A stretch of DNA of 59,541 bases, filler included, from Basidioascus undulatus (Eukaryota), in the NCBI GenBank assembly GCA_000826855.1. It is 3 parts of 3 records of this genome, joined end to end, with 100 filler letters (N's around TTAATTAATTAA, not from the genome) between each part and the next. Parts side by side here need not be neighbours in the genome. Positions count along the whole stretch, not along the records: positions 39,769 to 59,541 come from JTLS01000400.1; 2 more parts are not named here. One strand, given 5' to 3'. The notes below the pieces were generated by a model. The model was given only the letters and a program-made list of their open reading frames with translations, made no database searches and was not told the origin of the DNA. The translations under genes were made by a program, and so were the position numbers. Position 1 is the first letter of the stretch, and each line of letters opens with the position of its first letter. Positions 48,401 through 59,541 of the stretch are shown here, in pieces.

Positions 48401-50029
48401 GCGCCACGCCATCATCCACGACCAGGAGAACGAGTCGATCTACACCCCGCTCAACCACCTCGGCAGCCGCCAGGCGGGCTTCACCGTCTCCAACTCGCAC
48501 TTGTCCGAGTACGGCGTCCTCGGCTACGAGCTCGGGTACTCGCTCGTCAGCCCGGACAACTTGACCATCTGGTGCGCGCACATGACCATGGGAAACCGGC
48601 TAGCAGAGGGCTGACGCAACGCTACGCTCTACAGGGAGGCGCAGTTCGGCGACTTCGCCAACAACGCCCAGATCATCATCGACCAGTTCATCGCGTCTGG
48701 CGAGCGCAAGTGGCTGGTGCGTCCTCCCGCTGTCATTTTACCCTACAACGAGTGCTTTGCTAACGCACCATCACACCAACAGCAACGGACCGGCCTCGTC
48801 ATGTCCATGCCGCACGGCTACGACGGCCAGGGCCCCGAGCACTCCTCCGGCCGCATCGAGCGCTTCCTCCAGCTCGCGGACGACAACCCGTTCGAGTTCC
48901 CGAACGAGGAGCAGCTCGCGCGCCAGCACCAGGACTGCAACATCCAGGTCGCGTACCCGACTACCCCCGCCAACTACGTGCGTTTCTGCTAGAAGTGGTT
49001 GTCCAGGCTGGGGACTCCGCCGGACGCTGACTGGAGAGGCGAACAGTTCCACATCCTCCGCCGCCAGGTCCACCGCGACTTCGTAAGCAATCTCCAGCGT
49101 AATTCCTTGCGTCGGTCACTAACGATGCTGCCGTCGCTGCCGTGCTTTTGCAGCGGAAACGTACGTACCTTCTCGTCTACTATACCTAGCGCTGAGCTCG
49201 CGCTTACTTTCGCAATTCCCCGCACCACAGCCCTCGTTCTCTTTTTCAGCAAATCCCTCCTCCGCCACCCGCAAGCGCGCTCCACCCTGTCTGAGATGAC
49301 CGGCGAGACCGAGTTCCAGCGCTACCTGCCTGACTCTGGCGAGGGCCTCGTCGAGCCCGAGAAGATGCGCAAGATCATCCTCTGGTGCGTCGGCGTGACT
49401 CCTGCCGTTTCCGCCGCGCGTTCTTACAGTCATTGTCGCGCGCAGCTCTGGCCAGGTCTACTACACGCTGCTCAAGGAGCGCGAGGAGCGCGGCATCAAC
49501 GACGTTGCCATCTCGCGCGTCGAGCAGATTGTGCGTAGCGGATGACCTGGCCCGCAAGGGAGCATCCGAGATTGACGCATAGCGTGCACAGTCTCCCTTC
49601 CCCTACGACCTCATCCTTCCCGACATTGACAAGCACCCGAACGCCGAAATCGTCTGGGCTCAGGAGGAGCCGCTGAACAACGGCGGTGCGTTCTTCCTGT
49701 GTTCTGAAACTGCCATAACTGCCCCTTGTTGACAGCTTTTTTTTTATCACATTGACAGCTTGGAGCTATGTCTCGCCCCGCCTTCTCACTCTCCTCAAGG
49801 AGTCCAAGCACCACAGCCACCGCTGGCCGCAATACGCTGGTCGCGATCCGTCCAGCTCGGTCGCGACTGGTTCGAAGGTGCTTTGATGTCCCCATTTCTG
49901 CGTTCCGATAATCAGCGCATCGCTCACTGTTTCTTTATAATACAGTCGGCGCACTACGCCGAGATCAAGCGCTACCTTGACGCTGCCTTCTCGACGGAGC
50001 CGGGCCGTGTGCGTGTGGCGGCGACGTAG
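45490..50029 (+). CDS. KGD1: Mitochondrial 2-oxoglutarate dehydrogenase E1 component, more than 20 exons
   Basis: [107 protein letters not shown]. Confidence 0.98.
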
Positions 50030-50561
50030 AAGGGGTCATCTGGTGGACGCGTTGTACTTTCTGGCTGTCGTTTCCTTGTCTAATTTCATTGACGCAAACA
50101 TTGATCGATCAAGGTGGTGGCGGTATTGCACGCTGGCTCCGGTGCACGGCTGTCCCGAATAGTAGAAGCGCAGCACCCGCTTCGCAAGATTCTGATTTAC
50201 AAGTCGGCCAGGCGAATTTGGTATCCATAAATTTTCGACCCACCCGAGTTGTGGCCCCGCTTCGCTTGCCGAGGCACTCGTCCTCCTGCAGGGTTCCTAG
50301 ACGGACGCTGATTTCATCTGCGAAACTTGGCCAGGGACTTTCGAGTCGACCCATGCACTTATATATGACTTGCAGAATTTCAGAAATGACCTGGTCCAGG
50401 CCGACAGTCTCGCCGCCTGCCGCTGACGGCCCGTCCTGACCAACAGACCAGGTGCAAGTGACGACGTCTGGGTCCTCGTGTTCCGTCCTGCTCTTTTCCC
50501 TCTGCCACCATCGCCCCTTTGCCCCAATCTTTCAAGCTAAATCTCAAATGCAAACTACAAC

Positions 50562-51300
50562 ATGAGCGCTCACCCCAACGCCCAGAGCGACGCAGCCACC
50601 GGTGACCTTTTTCGTATTTCCGAAAAAGAGCACGCCCCAACGAACAAGCGAACGACGTCCACAACCATACCTTTCAGTCGGCCCCGCACGCCTCGGACAA
50701 GCCTTGCGCTCGCTTCCTCTGACTTGCTGCATCTCGTGCTGGCGCTCGATCCTGCCGTCTCGATTCGGTCACGTCGTGGCTTCCTCTTCGCGACCTCCTC
50801 GCGCTCTCCCAGACCTCGAGATACCTCCAGAAGCAGGTCCACGGCTTCCTCCTCGCAGACTGGGACTCGTCTCTCGGAAAGTTCATTGTCGACTTGAAGC
50901 TTTTCAGGCGCTCCTCGGTGTCACCCGCTCATGCATCTCCGGCTCCTACGCCCTCCAGTTTCTCATCAGAGAGAACTACCCGAGTCGGACTTGGACGTGT
51001 ACTGCCCGACCGCAGGGATCCGCATCATCGAAATGCATCTGATAGACTTCGAAGACTATCGCGCTCTCCCACCTGAGCCGCCTCATTATGACTTCCTCGT
51101 ATGCCAACAAGGCAGCTCGAGAAGGGAGCGAAACGTATCGATTTGATTGAAACTGGTAACTCCGTGAGCAGTATTTACGCCTTCACTTTCCTCCAGTACG
51201 GGTTTCAATGACGCTCTTTGGTCCACTGCAGTGCGCTTTAAGCCCATTGTTTGGCTTCCACTCCAGCTGTGTCATCAACGTTGTACGCGTTTCCCATATG
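50562..51300 (+). pseudogene. Basidiomycete hypothetical protein with a nucleotidyltransferase-like GS...DxD motif, frameshifted
   Basis: FQALLGVTRSCISGSYALQFLIRENYP/ESDLDVYCP ... FHSSCVINV, with a frameshift near 50981. Confidence 0.55.
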
Positions 51301-51770
51301 GCTAACCCATCTTTTCCAGTGCCGATATATCCGACGACTGGTGCCTTGTGCGCTCCATCAAAGTATCGTGGGTCTCCCTTGGTTGTCATGTCGGTTGACG
51401 CTGCGTCGCCGATGTCCATGACAGCACGTTCCAGTTCAACCGAGGTGGATGTACCTTGAAAGTTTATTGACCCCCTTCAGTCTATTTGTTCAGCAAATGC
51501 TGTCATTGGTAATTAGAGCGTGCCTCACGCTTGGCGAACGAAGCATCAAGGACCAAGCCCCGTGCGCTGAGTACCCTGTCCGCTGCGCTCTCGTAAATCG
51601 TCGTCAGCCGTGACTCCGGTGGACAAGCCCCTTTCCCGATTCAGATATTTCTGCAAATCATTACAGAACAGACATTGCGGTGAGATCCTGATATTGGTCC
51701 TACGCTTGTTAAGACAGGTCCACGCCAAGTCGTTTCTTGGCCGGCAACGACCGTCGTCTCTGAGTCCCCA

Positions 51771-53098
51771 ATGGGGTATTTTACCTTCGCGTTCGGGCTG
51801 GTGTTATTGGTCAGTTCCAGCTCCTGACCTATTTCCCGATATATTCTAATTGTGTTTTGAACCACAGGCATGGGTCATTACCTCCCCTCCGCTCTTCCTC
51901 ACGCGCATCATCTGGCACTCCCTCGTCCCGCCGCGTCTCCCACCGTCCGAGCTCCTCGGCGGGCCCGCGTTCGACAGGTGCCGGATCATCCCAGGCGTTG
52001 GGTTCTGCGAGGACGCGACGCTCTGGGAGCGCGCGGGAGCGGGGGACGTCGTGCTGCTTAGCTGTGATCGGAATCGGCTCGAGTGGAACACCGTCATGGT
52101 GCGTCGTCTTCTGCCATCCCCTAGCCATGTGTGACACCCAAGTTCAAATTGAAGAACAGGGACCTCTCAAAAACCCCAATGGCAAAGGTCAGCTCTTCAC
52201 TTTGTCGCCCGATTCCGGCGAGATCGCGCCCATCGAGCTGGTCGGCTTCCCCGTGGAGTCGGACTTCCACCCGCTGGGGATCGACGTCGTGGATGAGGAC
52301 GGGACGCTGCTGGTCGTCAACCACCAGCGGAACGAGTCTACAATCGAGGTCTTTGCCCTCGAGCCGACAGGCAAGGCGCGGTACATCCGTACGGTCAGGG
52401 ATGAGGGCCTGGTCGCTCCGAAGTGCGTTGTCGTCGCGACGTGGCACCGTGTAGGCATTGCGCTGACTCCTTCTGCTCGCAACCGCAGCGCGATCACGTC
52501 CCTTTCCCCCACGTCGTTCATTGTCTCGAACGACCACACCTACACGAAGCGGCACCACCCGATCCTGAACGTCTACGAGACGCTGTCGGGCCACCCACTC
52601 GGCTGGGTCTCGTCCCTCTCCCTGCCCTCACCGTCCACGCACAACCTCACGCGCATCCCGCTCCCCATGTCCTTCCCCAATGGCGTTGCCGTCTCCCCCT
52701 CACGCGACACCCTCGCAGTCGCATCCTCCAACCTCGCCGAGGTCCTCCTCTTCCCTCTTTCCGCAAACGGCACGCTCGCCCCGGATGCCGAGGCCGAGCT
52801 GGTGGTCCTCCCCTTCAAAGGGGACAACATATCTCCCGCCCCGCGAGGAGACGGATGGATCGTCGCTGGACACCCGTACTACCCCTCCCTGCTGCGCTAC
52901 GCGCTCACGGGCGGGAAGAGCCCGATGCCGCCCAGCTGGGTCACGCGCGTGCGGAGAGTAGAGAAGGAGTGGGAGATCGAGAACTTGTTTAGGAGTGATG
53001 GGAGTTTCTTTGGGACTTCGACGACGGGCGTGGTGGTGGGAGAGAAGCTGGTCGTGCCGGGTCTGTATCAAGAGGGCGTGTTGCTGTGCGACTTGTAG
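51771..53098 (+). CDS. Arylesterase/serum paraoxonase-like beta-propeller
   Basis: Hydrophobic N-terminus MGYFTFAFGLVLL|AW, then FCED, SCDRNRLEWNTVM|GPL, DFHPLG, LVVNH, STIEVF, SNDH, FPNGVA, GDN, AGHP and GLYQEGVLLC. Confidence 0.88.
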
Positions 53099-53457
53099 TG
53101 GCGCATTCCGCCATCGCGCTCCTGTCCGGCTTTATTCTCTGCGCATCATGATACATGAAGCTTTTGCCTGGTACTCGCATGAATCCAAGTAAATGAGTGA
53201 CTGTGCAAAATAAGCAGTTTTGTTTGTGCAAGACTGTTGCAAGCCAGCAAAATCAAAACCAAAACGCAAAACGTCACGACGCGTGCCCCGCGCGGTCGTC
53301 CAAGCCTGTGCGACCTTTGGCCGCCGAAAGCTCGTCCTGCTCGCCTTCTCTCCATTCACCGCTGCCTCACGCGACCACACACGCCCCAATCTACTCTCGT
53401 TTTTCACCAGACCACCATACTCGCCAAATAGAACATACCCACGTCCGCGGAGACACG

Positions 53458-56400
53458 ATGTCCCTCCTCGAGCGCACGCGCTCGTTCGGCGGCGCGCGGC
53501 ACGGGCACGCGCACCGCAACAGCGTGCAGGAGGACCGGCAGTGGGAGGTCGTGCAGGAGAAGACGTTCATGAAGTGGTACGTCCTCGGTGCTGCTGTGCT
53601 TTGTCCATGTTCTGTTCTGTAGACGGTGCTCAATTGGCGGGTAGGCTCAACACGAAGCTGGAGACGCGCGGGATCCCGCCCATGACGAGCTTGGCGAAGG
53701 ACTTGAGCGACGGGGTGCGGTTGATACAGCTTATGGTGGGTCCGTATGGTCACTCTGCTGAGGGATAAAGGGTCGAAGGAGGCATGGGGAACTTGTCGGT
53801 TGGGGCTGCTGGAAGCTCAGCTGCCATTCGCGCGACGTCTTCTCATCGGCCATGCTCCCCACCATTTTGTTGCTGACACTCCCTGACTCAATCAGGAAAT
53901 CATGGGTCTGACACCACCATTCCCCCTCATCCTGTCGTCCACCGCTCACACGGACATCCTCGCCTATTCCCATAAGCAGGCGATGTCACCCTGGGCCGAT
54001 ACAACGTGAACCCGCGCATGCGCGTTCAAAAAGCAGAGAACGTCACGAAGGCGCTCGAGTTCATCCGCTCGAGGGGGATCGTGTTGACCAATATCGGGCC
54101 GGAGGGTGAGCGATCTTCTTCCGAGCAGTGCGGCTCAGCAGTGCGGCTGACTGACTGGAGCGACGGGAGGACAGATATCATGGATCAGAACTTGAAGCTG
54201 ATCCTCGGGTACGCCTGAGGATGCACTGGGAGTGGAGAAGAAATGCGCTCATGCGAAGGAAGGTGGCAGCATGATCTGGACGCTCATTCTGCGGTTCACG
54301 ATCGCCGACATCAGGTGCGATTTCCTTCCTTCCTCATAACCTCCATAGACAAGTGTGAACTTTGTTCCTTTATCACATCACAACAGCGAAGAGGGTATTT
54401 CGGCGAAAGAAGGTCTCCTGCTCTGGTGTCAGCGCAAGACCGCACCGTACGACGACGTGGATGTCCAGAACTTCACGACGTCGTGGAAGGACGGTCTGGC
54501 ACTGTGCGTTGTGGACATGTCTTCCCTGCTTTCTCCCTCTCAGGACTCTGACGCGCCTGCCACGCCGAGCAGATGCGCCCTCATCCACCGACACCGCCCC
54601 GACCTGCTCGACTACCACGCGCTCGACAAGTCCGACCGCTTCACGAACACCAAGCTCGCGTTCGACATTGCCGAGCGGCATTTGGGCATCCCTGCAAGGT
54701 TCACACTTTTCTCTCAGCGTGTTCTGGAACTAACGGTGGGCTGTGGGCGCCATTAGCAACTGCTCGATGTCGAGGACCTCTGCACGCGCCCTGACGAGCG
54801 CTCGACCATGACCTACGTCGCTTCTTACTTCCACGCGTTCTCCAGCATGGGTCCGTCATCCAGCCTCGCTCTGCAGGATACCCAACAAAATCCAGCTCAC
54901 TGTCGTTGTCGGACAGATCGCCAAGAAACGAGCACTCGCCGGATCCAGGCGTTCGCGGAGGTGATGGGTTCCGTGTGGGAGTCTCGGAACCGGTACGAGG
55001 AGAAAGTTCGGGCTGTACGTACTTCCCACCCCTCTCTTCATGGTCTTCCATGCAGCTGAAATCTGCATCCCGCAGCTTCTCGAGGCCCTCTCTCAAACGC
55101 AGGAGACCTGGGCCGCCGCGCCGCCCGCGTCTACGTACGCGGACGCAAAGACGCAGTCGACCGAATTCGCGCAGCACAAGAAGACGACAAAGCGCGAGTG
55201 GGTGCGCGAGAAGGCGGACTGCGCAGCTCTGTTTGGCAACATCCAGACCAAGCTCAAGACGTACAACTTGCGGGCGTACGAGCCGCCGGTGGGCGTCAGG
55301 CTGGTGGTGCGTCTGGCTCTTGTGCAGTCCCGGGGCTCGAGCGAGAGCGGGGGTGGCTGGTGCTGATGCATTGATGGGCCCGCACAGGATCTGGACGAGA
55401 AATGGAGAGAGATGGTCGAGGCGGAGGCAGAGAGGTCGAGGGCGATCAATGCGCGGATTCGCGAGTGCGTGGATCTCACCAGGCGTTCGAAGGAGTCGGG
55501 AGAGCTAATAGATTGGCCTGCGCAGGATCAAGGAGACGCTTCGAAAACGGTTCGCAGACCTCGCGAACGATTTCGAGCGCTCGTTGTCGTCCATCACCGC
55601 TGCGATCGGAAAGCTAGACGGGGAGCTCGAGGTGCGCATTGCTCTCTTTCCTCCTTCCCTACTCCAGCCTGCTTACACATCACGCCTTGTCGGTTCCGCA
55701 GACCCAAATGGAGACTGTCCGCTTGCTCCAAGCGCAGCTCGGACCGCTCACGTCTACGCTCGACCAGAACATTGCGTACGCGGACCGCGAGTGCCAGGAG
55801 GCGAACGTCGAGGAGAACGACTACACGATCTTTTCGCTCGAGGACCTGCAGTTTGAGCTTGGGCTCGTGCAGCAGGGCGTGCAGAACAAGCTGGCGTTCT
55901 TGGAGAACCAGGTAGGCGATTGTACTGGTTTGCAGGATTGATGAGCGGGCGACTAAGTGCCTGAACGCGATCAGGCTGTTGCACGCGAGGCAAGCAACGT
56001 CACGCCGGCGAAGCTTGAGGAGTTCGGTACGTTGCTGAGGCTGAGAAGCTCGACGAGGAGAGGATGGAAACTGACGGTCGCGCTTGGCTTGACAGAGAGT
56101 ACATTCCGTTATTTCGACCACGACGACTCGAACACCCTCAACCTGCCCGAGTTCGCCGCCGCGCTCGCAAGCCTCGGCATTGTCTATCCTGTGCGTCTCC
56201 ATCCACCTGTTCATTGCTTTCGTGCTATCATCTGAATGAGGGACCTCATGTACAGGAAGAGCAACTGTACGACATCCACGCTGCGCTCTCGGAGGAGTCA
56301 GGCATGGACGAGTTCGTCAGCTTCCGGTCGTTCGTTGGGTTCTTGGTGCGTACCGCAGGCCTATTGAACAGAACTACGAACACCGACGGGCTGCATCTGA

Positions 56401-56742
56401 CGCTTTGGGTGCGGTGGAAACAGGTCGAGAAGATGGAGGACACGTCATCGGTCGAACAGCTGCTCGAGGCATTCCAGGGCATCGCGGGTCCGAAGGTGCG
56501 TCGTCCGCGCTCTGGCATTCTACACTCCCTCATCTGACTTTCGGTTGCTCTCGCATATTCCGCAGCCCTACGTGACCGAGCTGGACCTCAAGCTCGCCGC
56601 GCTCCCGCCGCAAACATTCGATCACCTGAAAGCGGCCATGCCGCGCGTCCGTTTCGCCGACGAGCCCGAGGACGCCGACCCGGGCGAGGAGGGCGAGGCG
56701 TTCGACTACGAGGCGTACTTGGCCCATGTCTTCGAGATTTAG
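53458..56742 (+). CDS. AIN1: Alpha-actinin-like actin cross-linker (2 CH domains, spectrin-like rod, EF-hands)
   Basis: [77 protein letters not shown], the EF-hand [13 protein letters not shown], and PYVTELDL. Confidence 0.95.
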
Positions 56743-58293
56743 ATCGGGCTCTTTCGTTTTCTGGCTTTCACTCTGCGCTCGCCTTCTTGACGTACTTTCG
56801 ATTTCTCTCTTGTGAAGCGTTGCTGCTCATTTCGTCCGGCTTAGGACCCGTTCTGTAGACATTTTGCCTGCATTTCGCTTAACACCATGCTGCATCGTCG
56901 CATACAATACTGCATTCATGACTTCCGTCAAGCAAGTGAAACAATTTTGAGCTATCGGTAGAACACCAGATCATTGTACGGATCGGGTCGCGATTGGCTG
57001 CAGGTTCCACCCGGCGGCGCTTTCCAAGCTGTCTTCGTTGATCACTCTGACAGGCTTTGGGCGCCGGTGGTGTTCGCAGTTACAGCTCAAGTTTGTACAG
57101 CTCATGCCTCAATTTTTTTGTCAACAACAAAGTGTGTGCGGGTATAGCATTACAAATCTTTTTTGGGAGACCTTCGGAGCGAGCCAAATTGGAAGTTGGA
57201 AAGGCAATGAAGCAGATTTTCTGCAGTTGAGGGGTTTCAAGCACGCTTTTTGCACTGAATAGGACTATTTAGCGTCGTTTGGAAAGCGCAAAAACTTCCC
57301 GAATTAAAGCATATCAGGTATATAATGAGATTCGAGGTCTATACAAAGATCAGGAGAAGACAAACAACACGAAAAAGTTGAGAAGCCGACTGTGTATCCT
57401 TCGTTGCGACAAGGGGGGCGAGCCCTGCACCCAAAAAAAAAGGCTCTTGGGTGCTGGCGGCGAGCACGGCGAGCTATGAGTAGTTAAATAATAGCTCGCC
57501 ACTTTCTTCGAGCCGACTTCGGGACGACCTCACAAAGGGAACTGAAGGGGCTTAAACTGACAGCTGTGTCGTTGCATCGCTCGCCGAATGCACGGCTACG
57601 AGCGACTGAGTGAGTTGCCCCGACCATGCGATTGAAAGTACCAATGGGCTGTATATGATTCTTGGACTCTATAATCATATACTTTCATGTGCAATGGTGG
57701 TCCAGAGCTTCTGGTAGTGCAGCGATAGGGTGTGCTTGGGGTGTGCCACGAGGGGATGAGCCTATCGCCACTGGACTGCATGTGACCGCCATAAATGCCA
57801 GTCAATATCAGTATGCGGTGAATTGAGTTCGAATAATGGGTACTTATTGAAAGGTCAAAGGTGGAATCGGGCCAGAAAGTCAGCAACTTCGTATCACGGC
57901 CTCCAGCGACGATCTTTATCCTCACCGGGTGAACGCACATGCGTACACCTGTGTCTGCCAGCGAAGCCCCTCAATTGTGAAATAGTCTGTAATTTAAATT
58001 CCCGAACGTCTTTCCGTTTCACCTAAATAACACGGAGATCAGGAAGAAAGGACATGCACGATAATCGGAGGTCGCCTTGTTCATGTTGCCGCCGCGACTT
58101 TGGCGCCTTGCCGGCGCCTGAGAAACTAATCCAATTGATCGAGTTCTTTCCCCTGCACATTCCAGTAGAATGGAATTTGTAATAGTCCACCTGGTGCCCT
58201 TCAAAAGGCGATCAAGAACCTCAGGTTCCCTCTCCGCCAAACCATCCTTTCCACATACTGCACAGCCGATCCAGATCCTGGCATCACATCAGA

Positions 58294-59541
58294 TCACATC
58301 CGCGGCGCGCCCACCGTCAACCGCACATGCAGCTCCGCGAGCCCGCCCGCGTCAGCCGCGTGCACGCCCTCCTCGCCTCTGAGGAGCACGTCCAGGTCCG
58401 CATCCAGCACTGCACCGGGGCTGTCATCTGCGTCGGACACGTCGCTTGTTGCGCGGCGGCGCCGGGTGACGCCGCCGGCGCCGCCGCCCCGCTCGGAGAG
58501 GATGGAGAGGACCCCGACCTGCACCGGAGGGGATTTCGGATTCGCATCAGCTCGAAACCGGGCAAGTGAGGGAAGGGGTAGGATGTAAGACTCACCACCC
58601 TGTCCACCCTCTCCTTATACTCCCCAAACAGCCTCTCCACCTCCCGCGCCGCCTCCTCCTCGCCCAGCGCGCCCCTCCTCGCGCCCTGCACCAACTTCCC
58701 AAACTCCAACACCGTCCTAAAAACATCCATGACCCTCTCAAACAGCGGCCTCTGCCGCTCCTCAAGCATGCACGCGCCTCTGATTCGCCTGAGCACCATC
58801 TCGTGGTGCGCGCGGAGGCTCTCGACGTTCCTCAGCTCCTCGGCCTCGCCCGCGTCGTCGGAGGAGGTGTGCAGCTTGTTGAGCCGCTCGGTGAAGGTGC
58901 GCCAGTGCGAGGTGATCGCGCGGTCGGTCGTGTAGGATAGGAGGGAGGAAATGAAGGAGTGCGCGTGGAAGCGGAAGGTGTGGAGTGTGGAGCGCGCGGC
59001 GAGGTTGGAATGGAAGAGGGGGACGGGTTCGGGGCAGAGCCAGGGCGCAAGGGGACGCGTGATGTCGTAGTAGAGCGAGCGGAGGACGGTTTCGACTGTT
59101 TGAATGGAACAGGAGGTCAGCGGTGGGCGGGGAGACGGGAGAGGAGGAGGAAAGAAGACCCACCTCGGAAGATGCGCAGCAGAAAATTGAAGATCTTCTG
59201 GTAGTGCCCAAGGATTTGCGGGGTGATAAGGACCTTGAGCGCGGGCGGGGCGGAGTACGAGAGGTAGAGGAAGTCGAGAGCCCTGCGATGCGTTGATCCC
59301 CAAAACTTATCAGCTCCTCCCCTCGCGCCCCACAACTCAGCAAACCAGCGTACTCGACGGCTGCAAAAGAAGGCCTCGTGTCAGTGTCTGTATTTCAATC
59401 TGAAGAGAAGCGAGCGACCGACCCTGCGGATCCAACCACCTCCCCCCGCCCCCCTCCTCCTCCTCCAACTCCCTCACCGCAAACCCGACCCTCTTCTCCC
59501 ATCCCCCCTCCCCCCCCTCCAGCTCCCCCCTTATCTCCGCA
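58294..59541 (-). CDS. Gamma-tubulin complex component (Spc97/Spc98 family, GCP6-like), C-terminal part; runs off the window
   Basis: WLDPQ|AVE|ALDFLYLSYSAPPALKVLITPQILGHYQKIFNFLLRIFR, FRFHAHSFISSLLSY...AI..HW..F and LRAHHEMVLRRIRGACML (GRIP2 domain pattern). Confidence 0.85.

Overview
Eukaryotic, intron-dense, GC-rich fungal genomic DNA. The GTGCGT/GTACGT/GTGAGT donors, CTGAC branch points and short introns point to a basidiomycete, probably Pucciniomycotina-like; this is an inference. The window holds three contig pieces joined by two artificial 100-bp spacers (N-TTAATTAATTAA-N). Apparently intact housekeeping genes: FMC1, YJU2/CWC16, a very large BUR1/CDK9-type kinase, a Gfo/Idh/MocA oxidoreductase, KGD1, a paraoxonase/arylesterase, alpha-actinin, a Cap64-like SGNH protein and a GPI-anchored cell-wall protein. 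Partial genes: FRS1 (3' end), ROT1 (5' part) and a gamma-tubulin complex component. Interleaved with these are many decayed accessory genes (two alpha/beta hydrolases, an ABC-B transporter, a HExxH zincin-like protein, GPI-protein paralogues and several hypotheticals) and a frameshifted mitochondrial nad4 insertion (NUMT). The most unusual unexplained structure is a CpG-depleted block of about 1.7 kb at 16.5-18.2 kb. It is built from three abutting tandem arrays: about 85 strictly phased TGAAG-NNN 8-mers, a GAGCCATGTCTG motif array, and about 14 palindromic 17-mers. Gene models were spliced by eye, so exon boundaries are approximate unless stated.
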